This document shows positions 40,550 to 50,659 of a stretch of 64,000 nucleotides of DNA, piece after piece. A model generated the notes under the pieces. The model had not been told where the DNA came from. It saw only the letters and a list, made by a program, of their open reading frames with translations, and did no database searches. Source of the DNA: a virus (Duplodnaviria > Caudoviricetes); the IMG/VR virus record IMGVR_UViG_3300029305_005724, positions 64,001-128,000 of that record; one strand, 5' to 3'. Every line of letters starts with the position of its first letter. The stretch's first letter is position 1. Both the position numbers and the translations under genes were made by a program.

Positions 40550-42289
40550 ATGAAAACACTTATTATGAACAACGTAATCCCTAAAGAAAAACTGAGAGAA
40601 ATTCAGGAAAATACTCTTAACGAGCTAGCTGACATTCTCTCTAACTCTTTTGGTCCTAATGGATCTAATGCGTGTATTAAGAAAGAAAATGCTCTTTCTA
40701 GATACAGTAAAGATGGCCATACTATTATTGGCTCTCTTCATTATAATGGCATCATTGAGCAGTCTATCAAGGACGATATCGAATCTATTACTCGTCATAT
40801 TGTAAAGACTGTTGGAGATGGCACAACTTCTGCAGTTATTCTTTCATCTCTTATTTTTAAGTGCATCAAAGATGTAGAAGATTCTGGTTCTTATAAACCT
40901 GTCGAAATCGTTACAGCTCTTGAAAAGGTTGTTTCTGACCTTAAGAAGAAAATCAAATCCACTGCCAGAGAAATTACTGACAAGGATATTTATGATATTA
41001 CAATGATTTCTACAAACGGTAATGTAGATATTGCAAATATGCTTGTCGATATCTATAATGAGTTTGGAAAGACTGTATTTATCGATGTTAGCCCCTCTAC
41101 TGGTGAAGAGATGGTGATCAAGTCCTATAACGGTATGACTCTTAATACCGGATATGACGATGCTTGTTTTGTAACTGATGCTACAAAGAATATTTCTGAA
41201 GTCGATAAGCCTGAAGTATATTTCTTTGAAGACCCTATCGATACAAGAGAAATTGGAGTATATCTTGACTCTATTATTTCTCATAACTTTATTACTCCTG
41301 CTAATGCACAGAACTGGGATGCGATTAGACCTACTGTTATCTTTGCTCCCAAGATTTCTAGAGATATGTCTAGTACAATGAATAGTCTTATTTCGACAAT
41401 GGCTTCTATGCCTGTTGAAAATAGACTTCCTATTTGTATTATAACAGATCTTCATGAGACTGAACAGCTTAAAGATCTTGCAAAACTTTGTGGAGCTAAG
41501 ATGATTCATAAATATATCGATAAAGGCGTTTATGAAGCTGATGTAGCAGCCGGTAGAGCTCCCACCCCTGAAACTATTTTTAATTTTGCTGGAAGATGTG
41601 ATAAAGTTATAGCTTATTCTAGCAAGACTACATTTATCCGCCCTGCTCATATGTATAAGGAAGATGGAAGTTATAGCGAAATGTATAATAACCTCCATGC
41701 ATTCCTGAAATCTGAAATTATTCGTGAGACAGCAGATGGTGGAGATGCTAGAACTATTGGAACTTTGAAGAGAAGACTTCATTCGCTTGAGGCTAATATG
41801 GTTGAGTTGTTTGTCGGAGGCATTACTCAGGCAGATAGAGATTCTCTTAGAGATCTTGTCGAAGATGCTGTACTTAACCTTAGGTCTGCTGCTGAAAATG
41901 GAGTTGGATATGCAGCTAATATGTCGGCTGTAATTGCAATTAACTCTGTAGATATTAGTAAATACAATGATCTTGAAAGATCTATTTTTACAGCTATTGC
42001 TGAAGCATATGAGGCTCTTGTATGCAGACTCTATGAAGTGACAGAGTATGCTCGTTGTATTAAGAACGAAGGAAGCACAAATGCAGATCTTTATGCTAAT
42101 ATTGTGAATAATGCTATTAAGGATGGACTTATTTATAACATTCGTGAAGAAAAGTGGTCTGATAATGTCGTTACATCTATTATGTCCGATGTAACAATTC
42201 TTGATACAGTTTCTCGTATCATTGGAATTATGGCAACTTGTAATCAGTTCATTCTTCCCACAGCAATGCATAATGTCTATATGGACTAA
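40550..42289 (+). CDS. Phage chaperonin (GroEL/Cpn60 family)
   Basis: FGPNG, SKDG, VGDGTTS and EDAV motifs. Confidence 0.9.
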   Translation: MKTLIMNNVIPKEKLREIQENTLNELADILSNSFGPNGSNACIKKENALSRYSKDGHTIIGSLHYNGIIEQSIKDDIESITRHIVKTVGDGTTSAVILSSLIFKCIKDVEDSGSYKPVEIVTALEKVVSDLKKKIKSTAREITDKDIYDITMISTNGNVDIANMLVDIYNEFGKTVFIDVSPSTGEEMVIKSYNGMTLNTGYDDACFVTDATKNISEVDKPEVYFFEDPIDTREIGVYLDSIISHNFITPANAQNWDAIRPTVIFAPKISRDMSSTMNSLISTMASMPVENRLPICIITDLHETEQLKDLAKLCGAKMIHKYIDKGVYEADVAAGRAPTPETIFNFAGRCDKVIAYSSKTTFIRPAHMYKEDGSYSEMYNNLHAFLKSEIIRETADGGDARTIGTLKRRLHSLEANMVELFVGGITQADRDSLRDLVEDAVLNLRSAAENGVGYAANMSAVIAINSVDISKYNDLERSIFTAIAEAYEALVCRLYEVTEYARCIKNEGSTNADLYANIVNNAIKDGLIYNIREEKWSDNVVTSIMSDVTILDTVSRIIGIMATCNQFILPTAMHNVYMD

Positions 42290-42299
42290 TATAAATAGA

Positions 42300-42340
42300 A
42301 ATACCACTAGAGGAATTTTCCTCTAGTGGTATTATTTTTT
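42300..42340. terminator. Bidirectional terminator
   Basis: AATACCACTAGAGGAA/TTCCTCTAGTGGTATT between convergent genes. Confidence 0.85.
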
Positions 42341-42341
42341 T

Positions 42342-44975
42342 TTATTTAGGAATACAATAATTATCAGCAGAAATTCCTGATAAAACTGTTGTAGAAAGCT
42401 TTTGAAAATCATTATAGCCATCTGGTGTTACAGTAATGATAGCAATATTGTCATTAGCAGATGCATCAATATTGATTGGTTCTTTGCTAAGAGTCAGATG
42501 AGGAGTTTTTTCAGAAGATTCTGATTTATCACTCTTTTTCATATTGTCCAACTTAATATCACTATTCATTTCAATATCATCAACTATTTTAGCTGCAATA
42601 GCTCTAGAGCTATCTACATTCTTTTTATCGAAATTATAATTATCAGTATCTTTGTCATCAGTTAGAGTATCTTTTTCAAATTCATCAACAACAGTTTCAT
42701 CTGCTGACATAAGTTTTCTGAGATTCGTTTTAAATCTAGAAAGATTCTTAAGTTCAAATGTGCTGAAATCAACTTTAAAATATCCTCTTGTACCGACAAA
42801 GATAATGTCTTTACCTCCCCATGCTTTCTTAAGAGCCATAGGATTGGTACGAATAAGACGGAAAATACTAGAAATCGGATTTAGATTTTTCCTAAAGTCT
42901 GTTACTTCAGTATTGGGCTGAGTAGGCCATACATCTGCATCAACAGGAATAAATATAGTTTTCTTTTTGTATTGACTATCAATTTCTTTATTATTCAGCA
43001 ACCTATTAAGGAAATCAAAATAATAATTAACAGCCCTATCAAGCTTATATACATTCTTTTGTAAAAATAGTGCATGATAATATGAAAGATCTACAAAAAT
43101 ATTGTATCTCTTATACATATCAAGTTTAATATACATTCTACGGATTTCAGGGTTAAGAGTTTTGATTTGTTCATAAACCTGGAGAGTTCCTCTATTATTC
43201 TTAATACGTTCTTTGTATAAATATTTCTTAAGAGTCTGAGAATATTTATCCCCTTCTGCTTCAGAAATAAAAGCCATATCAGAAGTTACAAAAGAACTTT
43301 CTGTCATAGCAAATTCTTCATAATCAGGAGTAGGTTTCATATAATCAGGAATCTGTCTCCACATATCATTTTTAAGAACTACTGGAAGTATCAAAATATC
43401 CCTACCGTATTTATCTTCTTTATTCGTTTCCATAAATCCATTTTTCAAAGCAAGAGACTTTGAAGCGGGATTATCTTTGTGCACTGTCCAATAATAGGTA
43501 GTAAAATGATGATCTTTATGAAGATCATAGGAAAGCATTTCTTTTACCATTGAATCTGCAATGCCTTGACCTCTAAAATCGCTATGAACTGCAATGACAA
43601 TCTGAGCAAGATGAGGCTTAGAAGGGAAATGATAAACATCAAGAAATCCTGCAGCCTTAGGTCCTACGTATTTAATAATACGCTTAATAATAAATTTAGA
43701 ATCCCTATATGTATCATAAAAACTAATACGAGAGAATTCTTCTTTATTTAAACTATTGCAAACGGCAAGTACATCGGCATAATCACTAGGAATGAAAGAT
43801 TCTGTAATAGATTCTTCCTTTTTCTCTTCTTCCTTTTTATAGTATTTCTTAAATCTATTTGCTGCACTAACTTTAACATCTTTGATTTCGAACTTCTTAA
43901 TTTTGCGAATAATATTTTCAGCAAGTTCTTCTTCATCATCAGGATCGCAGTTATTAAACATACGAATTGCAGCTCTAACATGATCCTCATCGTTAAGAGG
44001 ATATTTTCTTTTATTAGGTATGCCAAATTCAGAAGGTAATAATCTTTGGCGTTCCATATAAGAGAGCTCTCCCTCAAAGAGCATAGCTCTTAAACCACCA
44101 AGAGAGGATTTAAGAATAAAATCTCTAAATACCCCAACATCAGCAGTTTCTATATATTTTCTAATGGCCCTATTACCCTTTGTATCAAGCATTCTGATTA
44201 TAGCTCTAATGAATTGATCATCAAATTCAATAGGTGTATTAGAGTATTTATATTTAGTCGTAATAATTTTATTAGACCCTATAAGTGCATATACAACTTT
44301 TCGTGTTACAAAATAATCCAAGTCAGGATTAATCTGCATAAATACATTGGTTAGTATTTCGGCAAGTACATATATAGCATATGGAAGTTTTGTATCTTTT
44401 TCATTATATACATTATAGCTTAGCAAATGCGAATATTCTCCACTACTAAATGAATATAATTTATCTTTATAAAGTTTTGTCAATTTTGTAGGAGCAGCAT
44501 TTTCAAGAGCCGATTGCGTTGGATAAACCTCAATGAATATATTTTCAGGAATGAATTTAAGCTGAAGACTGGAAGAAAAGAATTCAATAACTTTGGAATT
44601 GGCAACTTCCTCGATACGCTTTCTATTCATTAACGTAATATCTTCATTAAACTTTATCTTTGTTTTACCAGACCATGCTCTTTGTAATGCTTCAGATACA
44701 ACTTCTTCCTCTTGCTCATCAAAATCAAGATCTTCTTCTGGCATATTATCTATATATGCCATGATATTTCTATCCATATAATATGATACGAATAGGTTAG
44801 GGTTTTGAATATAAGGCAGCTTCATGAGTCTGCTTGAAATTTCCATGCTAGGTGTTAATAGCAGAATAGATGCATTTTTGCGTCTATCTTTTTCATCCAC
44901 AGGAGCATAGACTTTTTTACTAGCCGAGTATAGAAATAACGGCTTGAGTTCGTCCATCATTCTCATATATTTCAC
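42342..44975 (-). CDS. Multidomain late protein with a GNAT acetyltransferase domain
   Basis: IAVHSDFRGQGIA and DNPASKSLALKNGF GNAT motifs; FGIPNKRKYPLNDEDHVRAAIRMF module; promoter at 44991-45002. Confidence 0.75.
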   Translation of the reverse strand: MKYMRMMDELKPLFLYSASKKVYAPVDEKDRRKNASILLLTPSMEISSRLMKLPYIQNPNLFVSYYMDRNIMAYIDNMPEEDLDFDEQEEEVVSEALQRAWSGKTKIKFNEDITLMNRKRIEEVANSKVIEFFSSSLQLKFIPENIFIEVYPTQSALENAAPTKLTKLYKDKLYSFSSGEYSHLLSYNVYNEKDTKLPYAIYVLAEILTNVFMQINPDLDYFVTRKVVYALIGSNKIITTKYKYSNTPIEFDDQFIRAIIRMLDTKGNRAIRKYIETADVGVFRDFILKSSLGGLRAMLFEGELSYMERQRLLPSEFGIPNKRKYPLNDEDHVRAAIRMFNNCDPDDEEELAENIIRKIKKFEIKDVKVSAANRFKKYYKKEEEKKEESITESFIPSDYADVLAVCNSLNKEEFSRISFYDTYRDSKFIIKRIIKYVGPKAAGFLDVYHFPSKPHLAQIVIAVHSDFRGQGIADSMVKEMLSYDLHKDHHFTTYYWTVHKDNPASKSLALKNGFMETNKEDKYGRDILILPVVLKNDMWRQIPDYMKPTPDYEEFAMTESSFVTSDMAFISEAEGDKYSQTLKKYLYKERIKNNRGTLQVYEQIKTLNPEIRRMYIKLDMYKRYNIFVDLSYYHALFLQKNVYKLDRAVNYYFDFLNRLLNNKEIDSQYKKKTIFIPVDADVWPTQPNTEVTDFRKNLNPISSIFRLIRTNPMALKKAWGGKDIIFVGTRGYFKVDFSTFELKNLSRFKTNLRKLMSADETVVDEFEKDTLTDDKDTDNYNFDKKNVDSSRAIAAKIVDDIEMNSDIKLDNMKKSDKSESSEKTPHLTLSKEPINIDASANDNIAIITVTPDGYNDFQKLSTTVLSGISADNYCIPK

Positions 44976-45141
44976 ACTCCTTTTTCAGTTTATTAATAAG
45001 TTAGCCCTTTCCCATGTTAACCTTTACAGGAGCGATTACATTAAATTAAATATAATTAGCCGTATTTTAAGCACTTTAGGAATGTGTAGAAAAATATAAA
45101 AGCTACAATTATATAATCTATACGAAATATGGAGATAGATT

Positions 45142-45321
45142 ATGAAAAAAATAAAAGAGCAAAAACCGACAATTTCAAAAAGTAATTTTATAGAATTTTT
45201 AGCAAACTCTTCTCCAGAAGAAATAAATAAATTTATTTTGGAAAAGGGAAAACCTAGAAAGCTCATAGAACCAATGATCTTCTTTAAGCCTAAAGAAGAT
45301 CAAACTAAACTAGATATATGA
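45142..45321 (+). CDS. Small 59 aa protein absent from the ORF track
   Basis: GGAG RBS; MKKIKEQKPTISKSNFIEFLANSSPEEINKFILEKGKPRKLIEPMIFFKPKEDQTKLDI. Confidence 0.7.
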   Translation: MKKIKEQKPTISKSNFIEFLANSSPEEINKFILEKGKPRKLIEPMIFFKPKEDQTKLDI

Positions 45322-45385
45322 TGAGACGGCTGCAGCCTAATCATATAGAAATATAAACTAAAAGTACTTTTAGGAGGAAAACAAA

Positions 45386-45937
45386 ATGGCAGAAAACAAC
45401 ACTACTACTGCTGCTGTAACTGTTAAAGAACTTCTTGGAGAAATCTCCAATGGTCTTTCGCAGGTCAGCTCGTCTAGAAAAGACGAAGTTCGTATTATGC
45501 AGGCTATGCTTAGTGATACCACTTATGAAGTAAGCGTTTACGGAAAAGATGGAATCGAAGGCACTTATAATCCTGCAAAAGATTTCCGTGGAATGTGTGC
45601 AAGCGTAATTTCTAATGCTGCAAGAGTTCCTGTTTCTGAAGCAGTTCATCTTATGGATGGATATGCTGTTCGTAAAGCTGAAGCTGCTAGCATGGTCAAT
45701 CTTTCTAAGGAATTTGTTAACACATTCCTTCAGACTGGCCGTAAGCTTCCTCTTGGTCCTCGTGAGGCATCTGATATTTCTCTTAGTCTTAAGAAGGTAG
45801 AAGCAAGTACTCGTCTCTATCCTCAGAAGATTGGCGTAAATGATGATGGATCCGACAAGTATTCCAAGACACCCACTACGGTTCCTGCTCATGATAGCAT
45901 TCGTGTGCATGCTCCTTGCCCTCCGTGGGTAAAGTAA
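45386..45937 (+). CDS. Putative HU/IHF-like DNA-binding protein with N-terminal extension
   Basis: C-terminal FLQTGRKLPLG...LKKVEASTRLYP...TVPAHDSIRV resembles the HU beta-arm pattern. Confidence 0.5.
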   Translation: MAENNTTTAAVTVKELLGEISNGLSQVSSSRKDEVRIMQAMLSDTTYEVSVYGKDGIEGTYNPAKDFRGMCASVISNAARVPVSEAVHLMDGYAVRKAEAASMVNLSKEFVNTFLQTGRKLPLGPREASDISLSLKKVEASTRLYPQKIGVNDDGSDKYSKTPTTVPAHDSIRVHAPCPPWVK

Positions 45938-45963
45938 TAACAAAAAAAAATAAACAGAGCTGG

Positions 45964-46533
45964 TCAATCCAGCTCTGTTTCTTTCTTTGGTGCAGATGTC
46001 GGCTCTTTGATAAATAATGTGCTTTGTTCTTTTGGATATATCTTGAATCCACAATATTCAAAGATTGAGCACAGAAAATCCACATCGTCAGATTCTGTTT
46101 CATAAGTTATAAATGCATCATTTCTGTCATTTATTAGTCCTCCAATTAATTCTTGGAGTATGCTGATATCTACATCGGCATTATATGCAAAGAATTTAAT
46201 AGAATATACAAATGCATTATCTTGGCAATAATAAGAGAGTTCGCTAATATTAGCCTCTTTCATATTGCTTTTCATAAGTCCAACAGCAGCACATGTAGTA
46301 TGAATGCATAAGTTTGTATTTTTGCAATCTTGGCAATCTTTTACTATAAGATATAATGAATTTTTACATTTATAAAGGTCATCTCTAGTTAGATCTACTG
46401 AGTCCACTGGGCACCATACTGTATAATTAGTATCATTCTCAGAATCAACTCTCACCCCAAGAGATTTAATAATATTTAATAAATGAGGATAATAGTGAGT
46501 TTTGTAAGGATCCATTTTTATAATATTATACAT
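45964..46533 (-). CDS. Hypothetical protein (possible degenerate GNAT fold)
   Basis: GAAAGGAG RBS; promoter at 46556-46567; IFEYCGFK C-terminal motif. Confidence 0.6.
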   Translation of the reverse strand: MYNIIKMDPYKTHYYPHLLNIIKSLGVRVDSENDTNYTVWCPVDSVDLTRDDLYKCKNSLYLIVKDCQDCKNTNLCIHTTCAAVGLMKSNMKEANISELSYYCQDNAFVYSIKFFAYNADVDISILQELIGGLINDRNDAFITYETESDDVDFLCSIFEYCGFKIYPKEQSTLFIKEPTSAPKKETELD

Positions 46534-46609
46534 AGATAATTACTCCTTTCATTTTTAATATAAAGTTGAGACATCCCTCTAGATCTTTTATTGATCTAGA
46601 GGGATAATT

Positions 46610-47431
46610 TTATTTAAATATCATTGGTCGAATAAGCTGATTGACTATATCGAATTCTACATATGCGATACGCCTTCCATCTTCAAGATTATCTATATCT
46701 CTACTAGCGGAAATAGAATATAGATCAAAGTATCCAGTATATCGATACGTATATTCACTAAATAAATTGATATTTTCTTTTAAATATTTTCCATTACTTT
46801 TGATAATTACATAATCCCGATTCACTCCGTCATTAAATACAAGCATTATATCATCGGAAAGACTATCGTCTGTAAACACTCCTAATTTATTATACAGATT
46901 AATATCACGGATTATAATATTTAAAATAACTTGCTTATAGAATTCAGCAATCGTTGCTCTTTCATAATTTCCATGATCAGGAAGATTTTTTGATTGAATA
47001 TAATTTAAAGCCACTCTATAGCCTGCAACCTTTGTAAGTTCTCTTGCATGATCGCAAACCCAGTCATAGCTGGCTCTTTCAACATCTCCTTCAACAGAAT
47101 CTCTATATGCTGTATTTTGATTATAATTTAGCATAGATATAAGCTGATCAGCATGATGGAGTTCATGTGATAATGCCCATGCCATTACACTTACAATATA
47201 AGATTCTTTGCTTATTACAGAACTCCATTCATCTCTCCATGAATCTACAATAGTTCCTATATGAAGCATTATATATTTTGGAAAACGTATATTGGCATAT
47301 GTGTTTTTAACGAAATCATACATGTCAATATATAATTCGCATCTGCTGTTCATTTTATTGATATAGCCATTCATATAATTGAAAAGCCTAATCGCTATAT
47401 CAGAATAATAGTGGTATTCTTGATTTGTCAT
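46610..47431 (-). CDS. HExxH zinc metallopeptidase-like protein
   Basis: ALSHELHH followed by a downstream E (VEGDVE). Confidence 0.6.
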   Translation of the reverse strand: MTNQEYHYYSDIAIRLFNYMNGYINKMNSRCELYIDMYDFVKNTYANIRFPKYIMLHIGTIVDSWRDEWSSVISKESYIVSVMAWALSHELHHADQLISMLNYNQNTAYRDSVEGDVERASYDWVCDHARELTKVAGYRVALNYIQSKNLPDHGNYERATIAEFYKQVILNIIIRDINLYNKLGVFTDDSLSDDIMLVFNDGVNRDYVIIKSNGKYLKENINLFSEYTYRYTGYFDLYSISASRDIDNLEDGRRIAYVEFDIVNQLIRPMIFK

Positions 47432-47547
47432 AAATTTATCACTCTCCTTTACTTTTATATTATATCATCGAAATATAATTCATGTTATTTACAAATATAT
47501 TTAACCGTCTACAATTAAATAATTAAATATGAAAAGGAGAATTAGTT

Positions 47548-48291
47548 ATGAAATTCCCTCATAAGAAAATAATTGCTTTCGAAGGCTTAGATAATTGTTT
47601 TAAAGAAACAAATTATAAAGCTTTCATTAATAGACTAAGATATGAATACGGTTCTGAAGCCGAAATTCATATAGAATCATTTCCTAGATATGGAAATCAA
47701 AATTGTATGGCTGTTGAGAAATGGCTTGATGGCTCATATGATAGAGAAATCTGTTTAAAGAATCCAAAAGCTGTCTGTTCTTTTTATATGACAGATAGGT
47801 TTGGATACTGGTTTGAACGAGTACATGGACAAAGATCTAATGCAGAGATATTGTATAGTACAGCAGCAGGCCAGAAGAAAACTTGCTTTGTATTTGATAG
47901 ATACAATATTTCTAATGCGATATATAATCCAAGAAATGCTGGTACGCCTTCTACTTTAGACATTACATATGAAACAACTGAATGTGGAATTCCTAAAGCA
48001 GATATCGTAGTATGGATGCGTATGAGAGATTTTAATGTTCTTGAAGAACTTATTGCGAAAAAGAAAAATAAAGATAAAAATGAACTCGATCTAGATTTTC
48101 TATACAATGCATGGGTTCGTTCGGAAAACTTTTTAACAAATCATATTCTTGAAGAATGTGGAATAAAAGTAATTGTAATTGAAATTCTTGATAAAGATGG
48201 AAATATTCGTTCTAAAAAAGATCTTGCTGATGAAGTATGGAATAAGATCATGGACGAAGAATTTCAATCTGGATTAGAATTATCTTTATAA
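47548..48291 (+). CDS. tmk: Thymidylate/dNMP kinase
   Basis: IAFEGLDNCFKET (degenerate P-loop), SFPRY, FDRY, PKADIVVW. Confidence 0.8.
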   Translation: MKFPHKKIIAFEGLDNCFKETNYKAFINRLRYEYGSEAEIHIESFPRYGNQNCMAVEKWLDGSYDREICLKNPKAVCSFYMTDRFGYWFERVHGQRSNAEILYSTAAGQKKTCFVFDRYNISNAIYNPRNAGTPSTLDITYETTECGIPKADIVVWMRMRDFNVLEELIAKKKNKDKNELDLDFLYNAWVRSENFLTNHILEECGIKVIVIEILDKDGNIRSKKDLADEVWNKIMDEEFQSGLELSL

Positions 48292-48311
48292 AATATTATG
48301 GAGGAAACAAA

Positions 48312-49712
48312 ATGAACAACAATGAAAATCCCTTTGTGGAAAAATCAACTGGTATCGTAGGGAAAATACGTACAAAATTTGGAGCTAAGAAAGTCGCAGC
48401 TCCTATCGAAAATCCGAACACTGGTATTATTAGACCATATCTTGTAGGAATGAATAATTGGGCAGATGTATGCTCTGAAGCATGTGCATGCTGCTGGGAC
48501 AAAGTCGTTCCTGAAGGATTTGAGAATGTTGCTGAGTATATAGCCAAGAGAACTAGAATTGGTCATACCTCGGTAATTGAGCATAGTAATTTTGTTCTTT
48601 ATATTTCTATTGACAAATTCTATGAAGAAGATCTTATCGAATTCCTTTCATGGAATAGATATCTTGAGACGGTAACTGCAAAGTCGGATGATGGATCTAG
48701 ATGGCATCTCCTTATTGGTGGTTCATTTAGAGGGTTCTCTGATCTTTACAGAGAGGCTGAAGATCTAAATAATCCAGTTCTTAAAGCTATTACTGGCTCT
48801 ATTTATAGATATTCCCATTCTGCATTGTTTGAAGATATTATTAAACTTGGTCTTCTTGATAAAACTATGTTTAATAATGCTGAACTTGATGAGAACTTTA
48901 ATCTTCTTACTCTTGATGGAGAAATTGTAAATGATACAGATCTTTATACTATTAAAGATATTGGTGATATTAGAAAACTTTACACAAATATCTTTAATAT
49001 TGACGAAGAGTTTGCAAAGAAGCTAACTACTTATGATCTTATCAAATTTGTGACGATTACAGTTCTATTTAAGAATATGAGTAGAACGTGTACTCATCAG
49101 CTGGTAAGACATAGAAATGCTATTACACAGGAATCTCAAAGATATGTCGATTATAGCAAGGCTTGTTTCAGCAGCCCCGAGATGTTTAAGCCAGAAAAGT
49201 ATGATGGCAATCATAAATATACAATTAGATTTGGTCCTTCTTCTCAGCTTCAGATGACACTTTCTGAAATTGGTGAGGCTACTTGTAATATTTATGAAAT
49301 GCTACGCAATCCTGTCGTTGCTGGAGCAGATTATGCATTACTAAAAGAAGACGCAAGAGCATTTTTACCTAGCAATGTGCAGTGCCGCAAAATCTATGTG
49401 ACATTTACTTATAAGAATTTCATCAAATTCCTCGATCTAAGAGAAGAACCTGCAGCTCAGGCTGAGATTCGTAAATATGCATCTGCAGTTGGAGAATTCT
49501 TCAGAACTTTGACTAAGTTCGATTCTAAAGAATTAATCAAGCTCTATACAAACCCTAGACTTCTTATTGAAGATCCTTGGAAAATAGATGCGTATGAAGG
49601 AATTGTTGAAGAAACAATTGAAATGGATGAAAAAGATATTATGAAATCTGCAGGATTTGATAAAGATGTAAATCTGGATTCTTCAGATATCCCCTCTGGT
49701 AGTGAGGTTTGA
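48312..49712 (+). CDS. thyX: Flavin-dependent thymidylate synthase, extended or tandem form
   Basis: GHTSVIEH, HQLVRHR-x-QESQRY, EDARAFLP, AQAEIR. Confidence 0.9.
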   Translation: MNNNENPFVEKSTGIVGKIRTKFGAKKVAAPIENPNTGIIRPYLVGMNNWADVCSEACACCWDKVVPEGFENVAEYIAKRTRIGHTSVIEHSNFVLYISIDKFYEEDLIEFLSWNRYLETVTAKSDDGSRWHLLIGGSFRGFSDLYREAEDLNNPVLKAITGSIYRYSHSALFEDIIKLGLLDKTMFNNAELDENFNLLTLDGEIVNDTDLYTIKDIGDIRKLYTNIFNIDEEFAKKLTTYDLIKFVTITVLFKNMSRTCTHQLVRHRNAITQESQRYVDYSKACFSSPEMFKPEKYDGNHKYTIRFGPSSQLQMTLSEIGEATCNIYEMLRNPVVAGADYALLKEDARAFLPSNVQCRKIYVTFTYKNFIKFLDLREEPAAQAEIRKYASAVGEFFRTLTKFDSKELIKLYTNPRLLIEDPWKIDAYEGIVEETIEMDEKDIMKSAGFDKDVNLDSSDIPSGSEV

Positions 49713-49798
49713 AATATATAAAGGGTAGGGATTTAAATCCCTACCCTGTTTTAATTGTGCCTATTTAGCTTAACATAGGAATAAAAGGTGGTGATTTT

Positions 49799-50521
49799 AT
49801 GCGTGATCCGAATAGTATAGTGCAGAAAGCTTATGAGCTTGAAGCACCTCCCACTATTATTAAGATGAGTGAAATTCCAGAGTATGATCTTTATGATTAT
49901 GATCTTAATGATGAAAAATCATTTAAGAAATATATGCAAGCTATTGAAAGATGTGTTAGAGGATCTTTCGAATATAAAGCAATGATTCAGTACCTAAGAG
50001 AATATATGGATATGAATCAATGTGCTTTTTATCAAAATGTCAATAATACAGATACAACTAAAGTCCATATTGAAATACATCATGAACCTCTTAGCCTTTA
50101 TGATATTTGTTTAATCGTTTATAACAAGCGTGTAGCTTTTCATGAACCATTAGATGAAGAGTATGTAGCTAAAGAGGTAATGTATTTGCATTATAACTTA
50201 ATGATTGGACTTATTCCATTAGCTGAAACTGTGCATCAATTAGTTCATGCTCAATATTTATTCGTACCAACGACAGCTGTGCTTGGAAAATATAGAGAAT
50301 TTATTGATAGATATAAAGACTATATGATTCCTGAACAGCTTGAAACTATTGAGCATATTGAGCAAGCAACTTCTGTTTATAATGGTGAGGATGCCAGAAC
50401 TCTTCTTTCGACTAATTATATTTATGTCGATATGAGTGGAGCATACGAAATGCCTAGAACAGAAGATATTATAGCTCTTGTAAAGGAAAGAATTAAGGAA
50501 TTAGTCGATAAACAAGGTTAA
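49799..50521 (+). CDS. HNH-like protein, paralog of 57771
   Basis: IEIHHEPLSLYDIC...LIPLAETVHQLVH; promoter at 49772-49783. Confidence 0.55.
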   Translation: MRDPNSIVQKAYELEAPPTIIKMSEIPEYDLYDYDLNDEKSFKKYMQAIERCVRGSFEYKAMIQYLREYMDMNQCAFYQNVNNTDTTKVHIEIHHEPLSLYDICLIVYNKRVAFHEPLDEEYVAKEVMYLHYNLMIGLIPLAETVHQLVHAQYLFVPTTAVLGKYREFIDRYKDYMIPEQLETIEHIEQATSVYNGEDARTLLSTNYIYVDMSGAYEMPRTEDIIALVKERIKELVDKQG

Positions 50522-50659
50522 AACAACCCATATATTGCTAATTTCATCTAAATAACTTTTGTTTTAACAAAAACAAACCACAACATATAAATAAATTCCA
50601 GATATGATTGTGGAATTGATCAATTTCAATAAAATATATTTATAAGGAGGAATTCCCAA

